Shown: positions 1 to 12,883, numbered from the stretch's first letter. The stretch is DNA of 64,000 nucleotides from Mizuhopecten yessoensis (GCF_002113885.1 NW_018408904.1:498034-562033), one strand, 5' to 3'. Numbers and translations are program-made. The notes: generated by a model from the letters alone, not told the origin.

Positions 1-1319
1 ACAACAGATAAACCTGGAATGTGCTGCTATTGCATATCATTTGAATCATGGGTATCGTTTCTGGTGTGTATCACTATGTAAAAGAAATTGGAAAACTTTC
101 AAAAGCATTATGGCCAGATTTGGGCAATGGAGTAATCAAGTCACATATGATATATGGTATAATCAATTTTCGGGGGAGCTTGTATTTTGACATGTCAGTG
201 TTTGACAAGTAAATTGATTTTATAGGATATTGTATATGAGATACATCTATGGATGACTGAGGCGGATGCAGTTTTTTTAGAAAGAGCTAGAAGCCCACCT
301 TCATGCTACTGCAGACAACAAGTCCAGGCATATACCTCAGTATGTCACCGTAAAGTGGACTGGGTTTTGGACGAAGTATCACTCTCTCAAAATTGGAAGA
401 TTGGTCCATGGGTCCTCTAACTGCAGTTTTAGTAATCTTGGAGTTTTGTAAATAACTTAATATTTCCCATGTGGGCCTTTAACTCTTTAAAAACTTTTTT
501 TGTGACATTTGATATTTCATCACATTTATAGAGGCTATATATATTATACATATATATATTTATCTCTCTGGGTACTCTGATTTCCTCACACATCAAGATC
601 CCCTGCACCCTAACGTTCAGGCCAACAAGAATGTTGAATATAAGTTGATGCATAACTTGTTTGATAATTGTTGTAAGATTAATATATATATTATCAGCGG
701 TTCATTAGAAGAAGTTGTTGGAAGAAATTGTCGGTGGACAGACGACAGATAGATGGACGGACAATGGACAGATGCCCAGAGTGAGGTATATGCTCACATT
801 GGTTTTTGAGCTAAAAGGATTTGAATCAAGACTAAATTCATCATTATTTAAAAAATATTTTTAAGATATGGTATAGTAAGCAAGTGTGTGTGTTTGCCTT
901 GAAATCCACAATGACAGTGTTTCGTATTCAAATGAACACACTGCAGTGCAATTGGGAATCAATGATTCAACTTCATATTCCACTTTCAAAATAAATCATG
1001 GATAGTATTAGTACATGGAAGAAAATCTTTGTTTGTCGTTGTAACATTGTATCAAAATCTTTGAATCAAGGAAGGTGTAGTTTATCAATTCAAGGGAGAC
1101 AACTAAGTTCTCCCAATATTCTAATCTATCACCAGGGAAACTTTGAAATGATGTAAATTCTGTAACGAATGGAATCTATAATCTTACAAGAATGCACAGA
1201 TAGGTACCATTCCATCCGGGAAATGCCAATACATATACATTTTCTGACGTGCATGTTTGATCAAAATGCAATGAAATGATTCACTTTCACTTTGACAGTG
1301 TACCATAAGATCATCTTAC

Positions 1320-1440
1320 CTTCACATAAAGTTGCCTTTTTCACGGGATCTTCGTCCTCTTCGTCATCTCCTGTCACATAGGTCGTGTTTGAAGATAATA
1401 ACAATATACACATAAGTGTGAAGACACGCATGCATTGCAT
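1320..1440 (-). CDS. First coding exon of a secreted Canopy-family (CNPY3/CNPY4-like, saposin-like) protein; no further exon recognised in 1-1319, so the gene probably continues left of the window
   Basis: Reads MQCMRVFTLMCILLLSSNTTYVTGDDEEDEDPVKKATLCE-G|gtaag: hydrophobic signal peptide, acidic stretch, then CE with a phase-1 GTAAG donor. This resembles the CNPY3/4 N-terminus (acidic stretch then CEVCK). Only 40 codons are visible. Confidence 0.55.
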
Positions 1441-2235
1441 CTTGACAGCTAATCCACATGGCAGGATGTGTAGGCCGGGATTTGTAGGTATCGAGGAAGT
1501 TTGTTCTGACCCTTGACCTTTCTGAACCTCTGAACCCAGCACACATGAAGTATCGGTAATAAATCAATTTATCTTCGTAAAAATTAAATGAAATAATTTC
1601 TTTAAAGAGAAAATAAAATATATGGATAACAAAATTATTAAAATGCTACTGTTAGGTTATTTAGATTAATATATTTGTTTATTTTTAATTTAATGTGTCA
1701 ATTTATCAACATGTATGTGGGTTATCACATCAAACACCGGGCGTGTTGCTTCCGCATTGGTCTTTGGAAGATTGTCTGATCATTTGGAGGAGACATTCGT
1801 GTTGACTGGCCAGAGTCCACGGATACTGGATTACTAATCAATAACACTTTGGTAAATTGACGAGTTCATGTTTTATCTTCATATCGTTTATTGTAACCTT
1901 ATGGCAGAACATTGATACGTAGAATGACGGAATCAGTGGTAGAATGCAAAACTGTTCAGCTGTTCAGCTCAAAGATGAATCATCCGCCCGCCTATCAGAT
2001 TGACAGTGAACAGGAAATTAATATTTACGATTCATAATGTTATATTTATTAGCGTATATTTACCATATGAAATAAATAGGAGACTATGTTGTTGATGCAT
2101 TCGCCGGCTTAAATATATAGATAAAAGGGCTAAGAGTTTGAAAACAAAATATTGTACATTGTCATTAACTCTCTTACAATCACAGGTGCTCGGGTTCTGA
2201 ATTATATGTGATATATTATTGCACCCAACTAGATA

Positions 2236-2498
2236 TCGTCCTACTACAAACTGGTGGCGTTGATCCTCCCCGTTCAAGGTAGGAGAATCCTTGGCAGGGA
2301 GTCAAAGAACCTGGGTTGGTGATCGAAAAAGGGGTGAATAGTGTAAAAGATGTACATTGATTAGGTTGCCTTACAAGCGATAGCTGTAGGGAATTTCCCT
2401 TTAGCTCAGCGGTAGAGCATCGGGCTGGAGAGCCAAGGGTCGCTGGTTCAAGCCCCAGCGACAGCACTATCTTTATCAATATTCCTCGTCCTACCACA
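2236..2498 (+). mobile_element. Truncated TRIM-like element with a tRNA-like (Pol III box A/B) terminal repeat (Helenus-like)
   Basis: Direct repeat ends TCGTCCTAC(T/C)ACA at 2236-2248 and 2486-2498. TGG (PBS-like) at 2252, purine tract GAAAAAGGGG at 2325-2334, box A TAGCTCAGCGGTAGAGC at 2402-2418, box B GGTTCAAGCCC at 2445-2455. No acceptor stem, so not a tRNA gene. Confidence 0.5.
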
Positions 2499-2926
2499 CA
2501 ATCATGTATTCATCATCACTGTCATTTTTGTCTACTTCTTCATTAGTGTTGTCCTCCACCAGTTTGTATTTCCTTGTCTTGGCTCGGAAATAGTTTAATT
2601 CTGCTAATCATGCAAGGTCTCAAACAAGAGTAAGTGACGGTGTAAGGACCTAGTGTACATGGCCACTTCCTATCTCAGGTTTTATCACGAAAATAGGAAC
2701 ATCAGTGTTGGGTCTGTCTCCTCGACTTTGTAAACGGTGTCCCCCACTTGCCTGCTAATTTGTTTTCCCTTGTGGACAAGCTTTCTAACTAGGACCCAGT
2801 CTCCAGTTTCAACTTTCGCTTAATCCCTCTGTCATACTGGCCTTTTTGTTTGTCTGTTGCTTTTCCTATGGTCTTACTGGTTACTGTGATACTGATAACA
2901 TCTTTTTAGCAGAAAACTGCTTGACG

Positions 2927-5900
2927 ATGCCAGAGACATTCAGCTTTGGTGTAGATCCAGTCACTACTCATGCTTGGAACAGGGATCGCTCGGGTAAGAA
3001 TACTTGTTAAGTCGCAATGAAATTATGTCTTTTAATTGTCATGTACCCATTCAAATGTTCTTAAAAATAATGTTCTAAGGGCAGTAAAGGATCAGTTTAT
3101 AATTGTTATACTTAAATTTTTCTGTTTCTACAGAATAGTCAAAGATTCAATTGTAATTTTACGACATAGTATGATAGTAAACATTGTTGGATACCAACAT
3201 TCGATTGTGCGACACTGACGATGGATGATGACTCCTACAGATCAGACAGTTTAGTTATAGGGGTAATAGATCCATGTTGTGAGCACCAACCCTGGGTATC
3301 TGACAATGGATGATGACTCCTACAGGTCAGACAGTTCAGTCTTAGGGGTAATATATCCATGTTGTGAACACTGATTCTGGGTATCTGACGATGGATGATG
3401 ACTCCTACAGGTCAGACAGTTCAGTTATAGGGGTAATATATCCATGTTGTGAGCACCAACCCTGGGTATCTGACAATGGATGATGACTTCTACAGGTCAG
3501 ACAGTTCAGTTATAGGAGTAATAGATCCATGTTGTGAACATAGCCATGTACATGTTTACAAGTATTTACAAATGTATTGTGTTTAAGTAAAAGGTCGTCT
3601 TTGAGAACTGGCTGCCAGGGTCAAAGATTAGTTGAAGATTGGAGTCTTAAAAGACTAATCCTCCTGAAATGGTTGTTAGTTTTTAACAGATTTGATGTAT
3701 AGTATCATCATGATGACAATTCCATGTTTTAATCTTTAAACAACTTCTAAATTAATGTACCCCTATAGTTTTATTTCCTAGATAAGACCATTGAGAATAC
3801 TGTAAGCTTAAGTGGTTGCCAAGGCTCCTTGCCCTCTTGTTATTGTTTTCGATATATTTGAATATTCCTTTTGTGATAGACAATTAAAATCAAATCAGTA
3901 GGAAAATTACATAGATTTTTCTTTTAGACAACTGAGTGAATTAATTGTGTTAAATACACCTATGAATAAAATCCGATATAACTTGTGAAGTAATTGGTTA
4001 ATACAAATCAAGCTTTAAGATTATTAGGTCTAGGGGTGTTTGGCTCCTATAGCTTGTTCCAGGATGTACCTAGACAGAGTTGGCTCCTATAGCTTGTTCC
4101 AGGATGTACCTAGACAGAGTTGGCTCCTATAGCTTGTTCCAGGATGTACCTAGTCAGAGTTGGCTCCAATAGCTTGTTCCAGGATGTACCTAGACAGTTG
4201 GCTCCTATAGCTTGTTCCAGGATGTACCTAGTCAGAGTTGGCTCCTATAGTTTGTTCCAGGATGTACCTAGACAGAGTTGGCTCCAATAGCTTGTTCCAG
4301 GATGTACCTATACAGAGTTGGCTCCTATAGCTTGGTACAGGATGTACCTAGTCAGAGTTGGCTCCAATAGCTTGTTCCAGGAGGTACCTAGACAGAGCTG
4401 GCTCCTAAAGCTTGTTCCAGGATGTTCCTAATCAGATTTGGCTCCTAAAGCTTTTCCAGGATGTACCTAGACAGAGGTGGCTCCTATAGCTTGTTCCAGG
4501 ATGTACCTAGACAGTTGGCTCCTATAGCTTGTTCCAGGATGTACCTAGTCAGAGCTGGCTCCTAAAGCTTGTTCCAGGATGTACCTAGACAGAGTTGGCT
4601 CCTATAGCTTGTTCCAGGATGTACCTAGACAGATGCATTATATAATTACACCTTGAACTAATGATTTTTCATCCTGTAATAGAGGTTGCTGTGTCCCTCA
4701 ATAATCATGAGGTGAAGGTATACAAGAAGACGGGCATCACTTACAATAACACTGCCACCCTGCAAGAACATGGTCAGCGAGTCACTAGTATCGACTGGGC
4801 ACAAAAAAGTAACAGCATAGTCACGTGTGGTGCTGTAAGTTCTATCTTAACGAATAATCCTATAAAACCTCACTACTGATGTTATTTGGAATAATCAAAA
4901 AGTTGGTTTAAGACTGAAAGAGATAATGATACCAAGGTCTGTTACAGTATACACTAGTAGCTATGGTACCATATCTGAATGCCATTTTTTATAAATAATT
5001 CTTTTTCCTGAAGAGCTAGATCGTGGCAATATATTTTCATTATTCATTTCTTAAATTGTCAGACTTACCTTTTTGTTACATTACCAAGTAAGGCCTTCAT
5101 TCTAATAAAAACTAATTTTGATATTCCAGGACAGGAATGCCTATGTTTGGACTCTCCAAGGTAATGGTCAATGGAAGCCAGTCCTTGTCATCTTAAGAAT
5201 CAACCGTGCTGCAACCTGTGTACGCTGGTCACCAGATGGTAAGAAACACCTTTTTCACTAAAACCTTCAAATTTGAATAATTGGCATTATTGTGACTTTG
5301 TTTTTCGAAATATTATTTCAGTCCACATATCAATAGGTCATTTAATTATCAGGACACCTAATATTACAGCTTAGAAATAAATATTTCTGTACAACACTTA
5401 AAACACGTTTCCATGAAAAATGTTCAGCTCATATGACTATTACTTGTTCCAGAGAACAAATTTGCAGTTGGGAGTGGTGCTCGTATCATCTCCATTTGCT
5501 ACTTCGAAGAAGAAAATAAGTGGTGGGTCAGTAAACACATCAAGAAGCCAATACGATCAACTGTTACATGGTAAGTAAACGATCAACTGTTACATGGTAA
5601 GCCAATATGATCACCTGTTACATGGTAAGCCAATAAGATCAACTGTTACATGGTAAGCCAATAAGATCAACTGTTACATGGTAGGCCAATACAATCAACT
5701 GTTACATGGTAAGCCAACACGATCAACTGTTACATGGTAATCAAACGATCAACTGTTACATGATAAGCCAATAAGATCAACTGTTACATGGTAAACCAAT
5801 AAGATCAACTGTTACATGATAAGCCAATACGATAAACTGTTACATGGTAAGCCAATAAGATCAACTGTTACATGGTAAGCCAACACGATCAACTGTTACA

Positions 5901-8900
5901 TGGTAAGCATAAGAAGAACAACTGTTACATGGTAAGCTAATAAGATCAACTGTTACATGGTAAGTAAACGATCAACTGTTACATGGTAAGCCAATAAGAT
6001 CAACTGTTACATGGTAAACCAATAAGATCAACTGTTACATGATAAGCCAATACGATAAACTGTTACATGGTAAGCCAATAAGATCAAATGTTACATGGTA
6101 AGCCAACACGATCAACTGTTACATGGTAAGCAAACGATCAACTGTTACATGATAAGCCAATAAGATCAACTGTTACATGGTAAACCAATAAGATCAACTG
6201 TTACATGGTAAGTCAACACGATCAACTGTTATATGGTAAGCAAACGATCAACTGTTACATGATAAGCCAATAAGATCAACTGTTACATGGTAAGCCAATA
6301 AGATCAACTGTTACATGGTAAGTCAATATGATCAACTGTTACATGGTAAGCCAATATGATCAACTGTTACATGGTAAGCCAATACGATCAACTGTTACAT
6401 GGTAAGCTAATGGAAACTTATGTAGTATAGTTAACTTTTCTACAGGCTTAGAAAATCCATCCACCCCTTCACCTATGTCCATGCCCAACTTGACATGAAA
6501 TCTTTATTTTCATCTGCCAGGCCTATTATCTCTGTCATCCAAATACATAAAAGTAACATAATATGTACAGATTTGTTTATTAAACATGACAATCAACATA
6601 CGTAATATTTCAGTATGAAGCCAATATTATGGTTGGTATCCATGTAATATTCTGGCAAGGACATTTGAACAATTACTAGGATGTATAAGTGAAGTCTAAT
6701 AGAATAAGCCTAATAGGGATGATTGGTAAGAAAATCTATAGAAGAATGCTCCTGAAAAGGGATGAAGGAATTTATCCTAATTTGGTATGGATCATCTCTA
6801 CAACAAATTCCACTTGTACTCCTGTTCAGTGATGCCAATTTTAACGGAAGATGGTGCAAATGATCATTGCCTAGCTATGTGCAAGTGATTTTTGCTTTTT
6901 TGAAATGATTCAAAATCCAGGACAGCTTCCCTATCCTCTGACTGGCAGAGACATTTTTAACCTTTTTTTCAAGTTTTTAATTTAAACGAGACAGCTTAAA
7001 ACATTCTCTACGTGTCTCGAGTATGTATTGTAAATTTTTGAGCTGTTTCAAAATGCAAGATAGTGGCCTGAACTTTGATTTTCTGAGAGATTTTGGAGTA
7101 ACAAGTCTGTCTAGATGCTATGCAATCTCAGTATAGCAGAATTAAAATAAAGTTGACAAACAACCAGGCATGACCCTGAGGAAACATTGAATAACAGTTT
7201 AGGGATACAGGCCCCTTGTGCCTTTTCACATTTGATGCGGAACTTCTCTCATTGTCAAGAGTACTGTAATTTTGTCTGCTATCTTTAGTACTGTGTAATG
7301 TTGTACTGGATTGTGTTTCAGCATTGACTGGCATCCAAACAACATTTTGTTGGCAGCAGGCTCCACTGACTTCAAGGCAAGGTAAGACCAATATATTACC
7401 AGATGTCATTTCATTTTCTCACATATCAATTATGTTAAAGCCCCACACTTCTGTTCATCGCCAAATTCCTTGTCTTGATGATAATTGAAGGTCTGTTAGC
7501 CTACATTTTTATTGATCATCATTGAAAAAAGGACCCTTAAGTTATTATTTTTCAGGAATTCATTGAAAGTTAGAAAGGATTAAAAATAGAAACAGATGCA
7601 TTTAATTTCTTTTCTGGATGATAATGCAAGTTCTGATTGCCTGATTGCTTTCGAAGTAAAACTTCATGTATGTGTTGGTTATCATTGAATAATAGCTACC
7701 TACATGTACCACTAGACTACCGTGCCTCCAACCTAGAACAGTTGAAATCCCCACTCGGTGACCACATACTGTATACTGGGTGAATTTAATGGCAGTGTTA
7801 TTTTAACGCTTTTCTTAGGAGGTTTCAATCCTTTGAAAATTTGTATATCTAAGCATTATTGTAAGGTCTACAATGTAGTTTAAAACTAAGGACAATAGGC
7901 AATAAGTCCCTGGGTCATAATATGGAAATAGTAGAGAGCTCCCATCCTGTATTATCCAATCGCTAGGCATGAAAAACAAGCACACATTATTTACCAAGAT
8001 AAGTCCAAGGTCGTACCCTGCCCTAGGTCTGAGGACCTCATTCTTTGGTCATAACATAGAAACAGTTGAGACTTCCACCTTAGCTATAACTGTCTATATA
8101 ATTTCTTAGCATGAAGAGATGACCACAATCATGAAATCAGGACTTGACCTGGGATCTGGGCCTGCCCCTGTGGATTTAGTCTCTGGGTCATAACATTTAT
8201 AAATTGCAAGAGACCCTTGAATAAATCTCATTTTCTTGAAGTTTCAATAATGTCCATTTTCTGAAATTTTGCTATGTCGTTGTTGCAGAGTTTTCTCAGG
8301 TTACATCAAGGACGTAGAACAGAAACCATCTGCCACTGCCTGGGGAGCCAAGATGACTCTCGGAAATCTCATGTGTGAATACTCCAACGGTGGAGGTAAG
8401 AATAGTTATCTGAGTACCCCAATGCTTAGCAACAATTTCCTCACAAGGAAGGTGTTGTAGATGTACTTTTCAAATAAATCACAATGATCAAAAATTGATA
8501 AATGTACACGTTTTTATGTTATGTTACTTCTTAATACTTACGGGAGATCTGGGTTGTTTTTAGTACCTTTAATGTTGTTATCTAAATCTCTTTCATATCT
8601 TTGTGCTTTTCACAGGTGGGTGGGTACATAATGTGTCCTTCTCCCCAAGTGGAGAGAAGCTGGCGTGGGTAGGACATGATGCTAGTGTGTCTGTCGCCAT
8701 GGCCGGTGGTGACAAGTAAGTATGACCTCAAAGTGTTTAAATACAAACTGAAAATAACTGATTGAAAACTTTGATTTTTTTTTTGTTATTAGTTACTCAC
8801 ATATGTCGATTGCTCCCACTTTTATTAAGATGAAGTTAAACGACGAAATCTTACCAAAATCATTAAAGTGGAAAATATAGGTTATAGTGATCTACATTTG

Positions 8901-11900
8901 ATATATGGTGTAGTACTTCTAAGAATGTACCAATATTTAAAGTTAAATCATTGTTCACTTGCTCAGGCTTGTGAAAATGTTTACATCTTGTTCCTAAAAT
9001 GTTATAACAGTGAACCAACTTCTGGCCAATACTACCGCTGTCCTTTACTCAGGTGATCTTTAAGGCCCTAGGTCTGTTGTAACAGTGAACCAACTTCTGG
9101 CCAATACCACCGCTGTCCTTTACTCGGGTGATCTTTAAGGCCCTAGGTCTGTTGTAACAGTGAACCAACTTCTGACCAATACTACTGCTGTCCTTTACTC
9201 AGGTGATCTTTAAGGCCTTGGGTATCTTGTCTTTTGTCAAATCACAACAAATTACAATTGTGTGACAGACTGTGTGGCCATAATGGCCCATGGACATCTT
9301 GTTAAGAAAGTTTCTCTAAAAATTATGAGCATTTTATTTTCAATTTTACAATTATAAGAATGATTGTCTCATAATTATTCAATAATTCACCAAAGAAAAT
9401 TACTGTTTGGTTCCATATGCAGTTTGTGGACATTGCAAAAGGCAGCTTTCTTAAGCTAGGGGTCACCTTTACACTTGATTGATAGGCATTCAGAGAGCTT
9501 TCCACTGAATGTAACAGTGATTGACCAAAATTATGTTTGAAACGTAACATCTCTTACAGAAACATTTTGGTACCCAAGATATAAAATACTGTCTATGGAA
9601 AAATCATGTGTTACACTGAAACACTACAACAGGGTTGTTTTAGTTAATGGAGACTCATCTGACAGGTTGTCTACTTTTAATATAACACTTTGAGGGATAA
9701 CAAAGATTATTTTTGTGGTAATTTCTGAAGATGGTTGTGCAATATTTAAATAGGTTTTAAAATCAATAACTTGATACACTAACTATTATTCCTTTTGCAT
9801 TTATTTAATTATTGTGGTTAGCCCAGGCATTGAGATGCATTTATTATATTTGTAGTAACTGTTTTATTTGTCTATCTAGTGTCGTCCCTTTATTCTGGTT
9901 TCTGATTATGTACTGTAAATGATGAACAGGAGACTGTTACGAGGAATCCTTTCTAACATTTTTCTAGTAATGCTTTTTTATCTTTTTATCTTTTTAGAAT
10001 TGCTGTTGTAAAAGGAAACTTCCTGCCTTTCATGAGTATGACTTGGGTGACGGAGAACAGCATGGTTTGTGTGGTAAGTCTGCAGAAATAGATTACTTCC
10101 TGCATTTCATGAGTATGACTTGGGCGACGGGGAACAGCATGGTTTGTGTGGTTAGTAAGCAGAGATAGATCACTTCCCGCCTTTCATGAGTATGACTTGG
10201 GTGATGGGGAACAGCATGGTTTGTGTGGTTAGTAAGCAGAGATAGATCACTTCCTGACTTTCATGAGTATGACTTGGGTGATGGGGAACAGCATGGTTTG
10301 TGTGGTTAGTAAGCAGAGATAGATCACTTCCTGCCTTTCATGAGTATGACTTGGGTGACGGGGAACAGCATGGTTTGTGTGGTTAGTCAGCAGAGATAGA
10401 TCACTTCCTGCCTTTCATGAGTATGACTTGGGTGACGGAGAACAGCATGGTTTGTGTGGTAAGTCAGCAGAGATAGATCACTTTCTGCAGGATAAGGTTA
10501 CCAGTCACACTTTACAGAACAAGATGGTAGCAGCGATGGTACACACAAATCATATCTTTTCTATGACAATACAACTTTCATTTTAACAAATAATTTTACA
10601 TTTATAAGGCCTTGTGATATATATTTTGTTTTATTATTCCCATCACTATGGTATATTGTCTCCAGGGTTACGATTGCTGCCCAAAACTTTTCAGCCACAG
10701 TGACGATGGACAAGTAACCTTCATCACCGACCTTGACATTCCACAGGAGAAGGACCAAATGACAATGAGGTCAGAAGATTTATGAAATTCTTGTGTTTAG
10801 TGTTTTCATCCTGATCCATAAAGCTTCAGTTTGTTAATTTCTGTCCTAACTTGATAAATGGGCAGTGTTTCAGCACACACCATTTACATATCTGTCCTGT
10901 CCTTTACTTTGATAAATGGGCAGTGTTTCACAGCACACACCATTTACATATCTGTCCTGTCCTAACTTGATAAATGGGCATAGTGTTTCAGCACACACCA
11001 TTTACATATCTGTCCTGTCCTAACTTGATAAATGGTCAGTGTTTCAGCACACACCATTTACATATCTGTCCTGTTCTAACTTATAACACATCAGATCATC
11101 TTTTAAGAAATGAATATTTTAACAACCAAAAGGTAAATGATAGCAAAACTGAAGCGAATCAAAAGTTTAGTGAAGATTAAAGGAGTATACGATAGATCTG
11201 ATTGGCTGTTGGTATTTGACATTTACTCTTTTAAGAAAGTATGGTTTTGAACACTTGATATATCCCCCGTTTGGAGAAGTGTATACAAGCATTATCCTGT
11301 CTACACATTGGCCTGTTCACAGCTTCCTAATTAAAGTGTTAAACCTTTCATGAAACTTACAAAAGTATTCCTGACATCACAAGGAAATAAATATTTGCTT
11401 ATCTGCAAGCTCGATTTTCACACGTCGTATAAGATAATTTAGTAGATACTATCAACCTAACTCCCATGATGTTGTTGGCGAGTGTATATGTACTGTTTGG
11501 GGAACTCTTGTTATAGTTAGATTAACCTAAAAGATGTGTCTGATCAGTAGATATTTAACGAGATAGCATTCACTGGCTTCTGACAGGTTGTTAAAGTGGA
11601 AAACAAAATCAGTTTCCGTTTGTTTCTGTGTTAAACTTGTTCTGTGTTTGTCTTTCAGTGCCATGAATCGTTTCCGTCAGATGGACAAGACAGGAACAGC
11701 AGAAAACACAGGGGAAATAAAAACCAAGCATCAAAACACCATTACGTAAGTGACAGGTTTGGATTATAAGTACAGGAAAAATAAACTTCCTCCCTATCAA
11801 AGCCACCTATTCTCTTAGATTTGCCAAAACAATAGTTAGGGTGGCACATTAACATTTTCCTTGTATGAATTAATGAATCTAAATATATCAGATTACTTTT

Positions 11901-12883
11901 TTTTTTTTTTAAACTCCAATCTGATCAAAAACGTTTGAAAAATCCTGGGTTGATAAGGACATTGCACCTTTCCGTGAGTAAATACTTAAACAGTTTCCTA
12001 TTTACAAACAATTTTTCATGATCCAATATATCAACAAAAAGAATAAGAAAAAGATTTTCATTACATTATTTTTTACTACCTTTTTGATATATTCAAAGAT
12101 GTATATTGACATTACATTGGTCATCGTTTAATGAGTTTTAACAATAGCATATTGTGGTTGTGTGTGTATCAAAACTAGTTCTTTTGTCATTCTTTACACT
12201 CCTCAACTGAGGTACTTGCAAAAACTGAGTTCTTAGAAGCATGCTCTGTCTGATTACGCTACTCTGAAAACTCTCTGCAAGGACGGTACTTGTGCTCTAG
12301 TTTTATACAAACTCTTGGTTTATCTCCTCCAGCAAAGTGTCGGTGTTTGCCGGAACTAAGGCAGACTGTACCAAGTTCTCTACCTCAGGAGCAGATGGCC
12401 AAATGATCATTTGGGACTTTAAAGTAAGTCTTCTGTAACAATACAAGAAATATGGAAAAGGGTAGAAAAGTATATCAGAACTTATATCTGGTTAAAGGTA
12501 GTGGAAGCAATCTATTGTTCCCTAAATTAAAAGCAAAATTGAATCTTTTAAACACATACCTGATTGAATCCACCCTCTGTTGGCAATCAATTACAGAACA
12601 TTTAATTATGTATATTGCAGTATTAATTTCCTGTGTGGCAATACCAGTAATCTCAAATGCAGTAAACATGATGTATGAAAATCTATCCTAACCTACAATT
12701 TTCTGCGGCTTCCATTGGCCCTAAATACTAGTTGAATTGCTGATGGACTGTAAAACTATACAAAACAGAAATAAAAATAACTTCAACACACGCAAATTAT
12801 TTAAACTGTGGAGTTTGCTTATGAGTTGTGTTTGATTGTTTCAGTCCCTGGAAAAGAGTGTTTCTGGTCTCAGGATAGCCTAG
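2927..12883 (+). CDS. ARPC1A: Actin-related protein 2/3 complex subunit 1 (ARPC1/p41-Arc, WD40), 12 coding exons
   Basis: Exons 2927-2993, 4683-4834, 5130-5238, 5453-5570, 7322-7381, 8289-8395, 8616-8715, 9998-10073, 10666-10769, 11659-11745, 12333-12423, 12845-12883; all GT-AG with compatible phases. Translation: [33 protein letters not shown]...DRNAYVW...[20 protein letters not shown]...[40 protein letters not shown]...[17 protein letters not shown], matching ARPC1A/B motifs. The A versus B distinction is vertebrate-specific. Confidence 0.96.
3215..3540. repeat. ~85-bp tandem repeat, ~3.8 copies, in the first coding intron of ARPC1
   Basis: CTGAC(G/A)ATGGATGATGACTCCTACAG...ATCCATGTTGTGA recurs near 3215, 3300, 3385 and 3470. 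Confidence 0.9.
4040..4633. repeat. 40-bp minisatellite, ~15 copies
   Basis: Unit TTGGCTCCTATAGCTTGTTCCAGGATGTACCTAGACAGAG; the array ends ~50 bp before the acceptor of the exon at 4683. Confidence 0.95.
5545..6406 (+). repeat. 28-bp (some 26-bp) tandem array made of the ARPC1 exon-4 3' end plus its donor site, 31 copies
   Basis: Unit AAGCCAATACGATCAACTGTTACATG|GT is the last 26 exonic nt (KPIRSTVT) plus GT. The first copy is the real exon end at 5570. Confidence 0.95.
9004..9218. repeat. ~76-bp tandem repeat, 3 copies
   Basis: TAACAGTGAACCAACTTCTG...TGATCTTTAAGGCC repeated three times. Confidence 0.9.
10018..10484 (+). repeat. 77-bp tandem array made of the ARPC1 exon-8 3' part, donor and intron start, 6 copies
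   Basis: Units start at 10018, 10095, 10172, 10249, 10326 and 10403. Each has 56 exonic nt ([18 protein letters not shown]) and 21 intronic nt starting GTAAGT or GTTAGT. Confidence 0.95.
10842..11082. repeat. ~57-bp tandem repeat, ~4 copies
   Basis: TGTCCTAACTTGATAAATGGGCAGTGTTTCAGCACACACCATTTACATATC repeated. Confidence 0.9.

Noticed and set aside
690-816. HINE-like terminal remnant (GACA/GACG repeats, GAGCTAAAA)
   Set aside because: Too degraded to delimit; similar remnants near 39826-39990, 52700-53050 and 53327-53990 were also left unannotated.
2395-2468. Functional tRNA gene
   Set aside because: Box A and box B are present, but the acceptor stem does not pair; treated as part of a repeat element.
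10095-10458. Dscam-like mutually exclusive exon cluster in ARPC1
   Set aside because: The copies lack the 5' part of the exon and a polypyrimidine acceptor, and the 21-nt spacers are too short to be introns.
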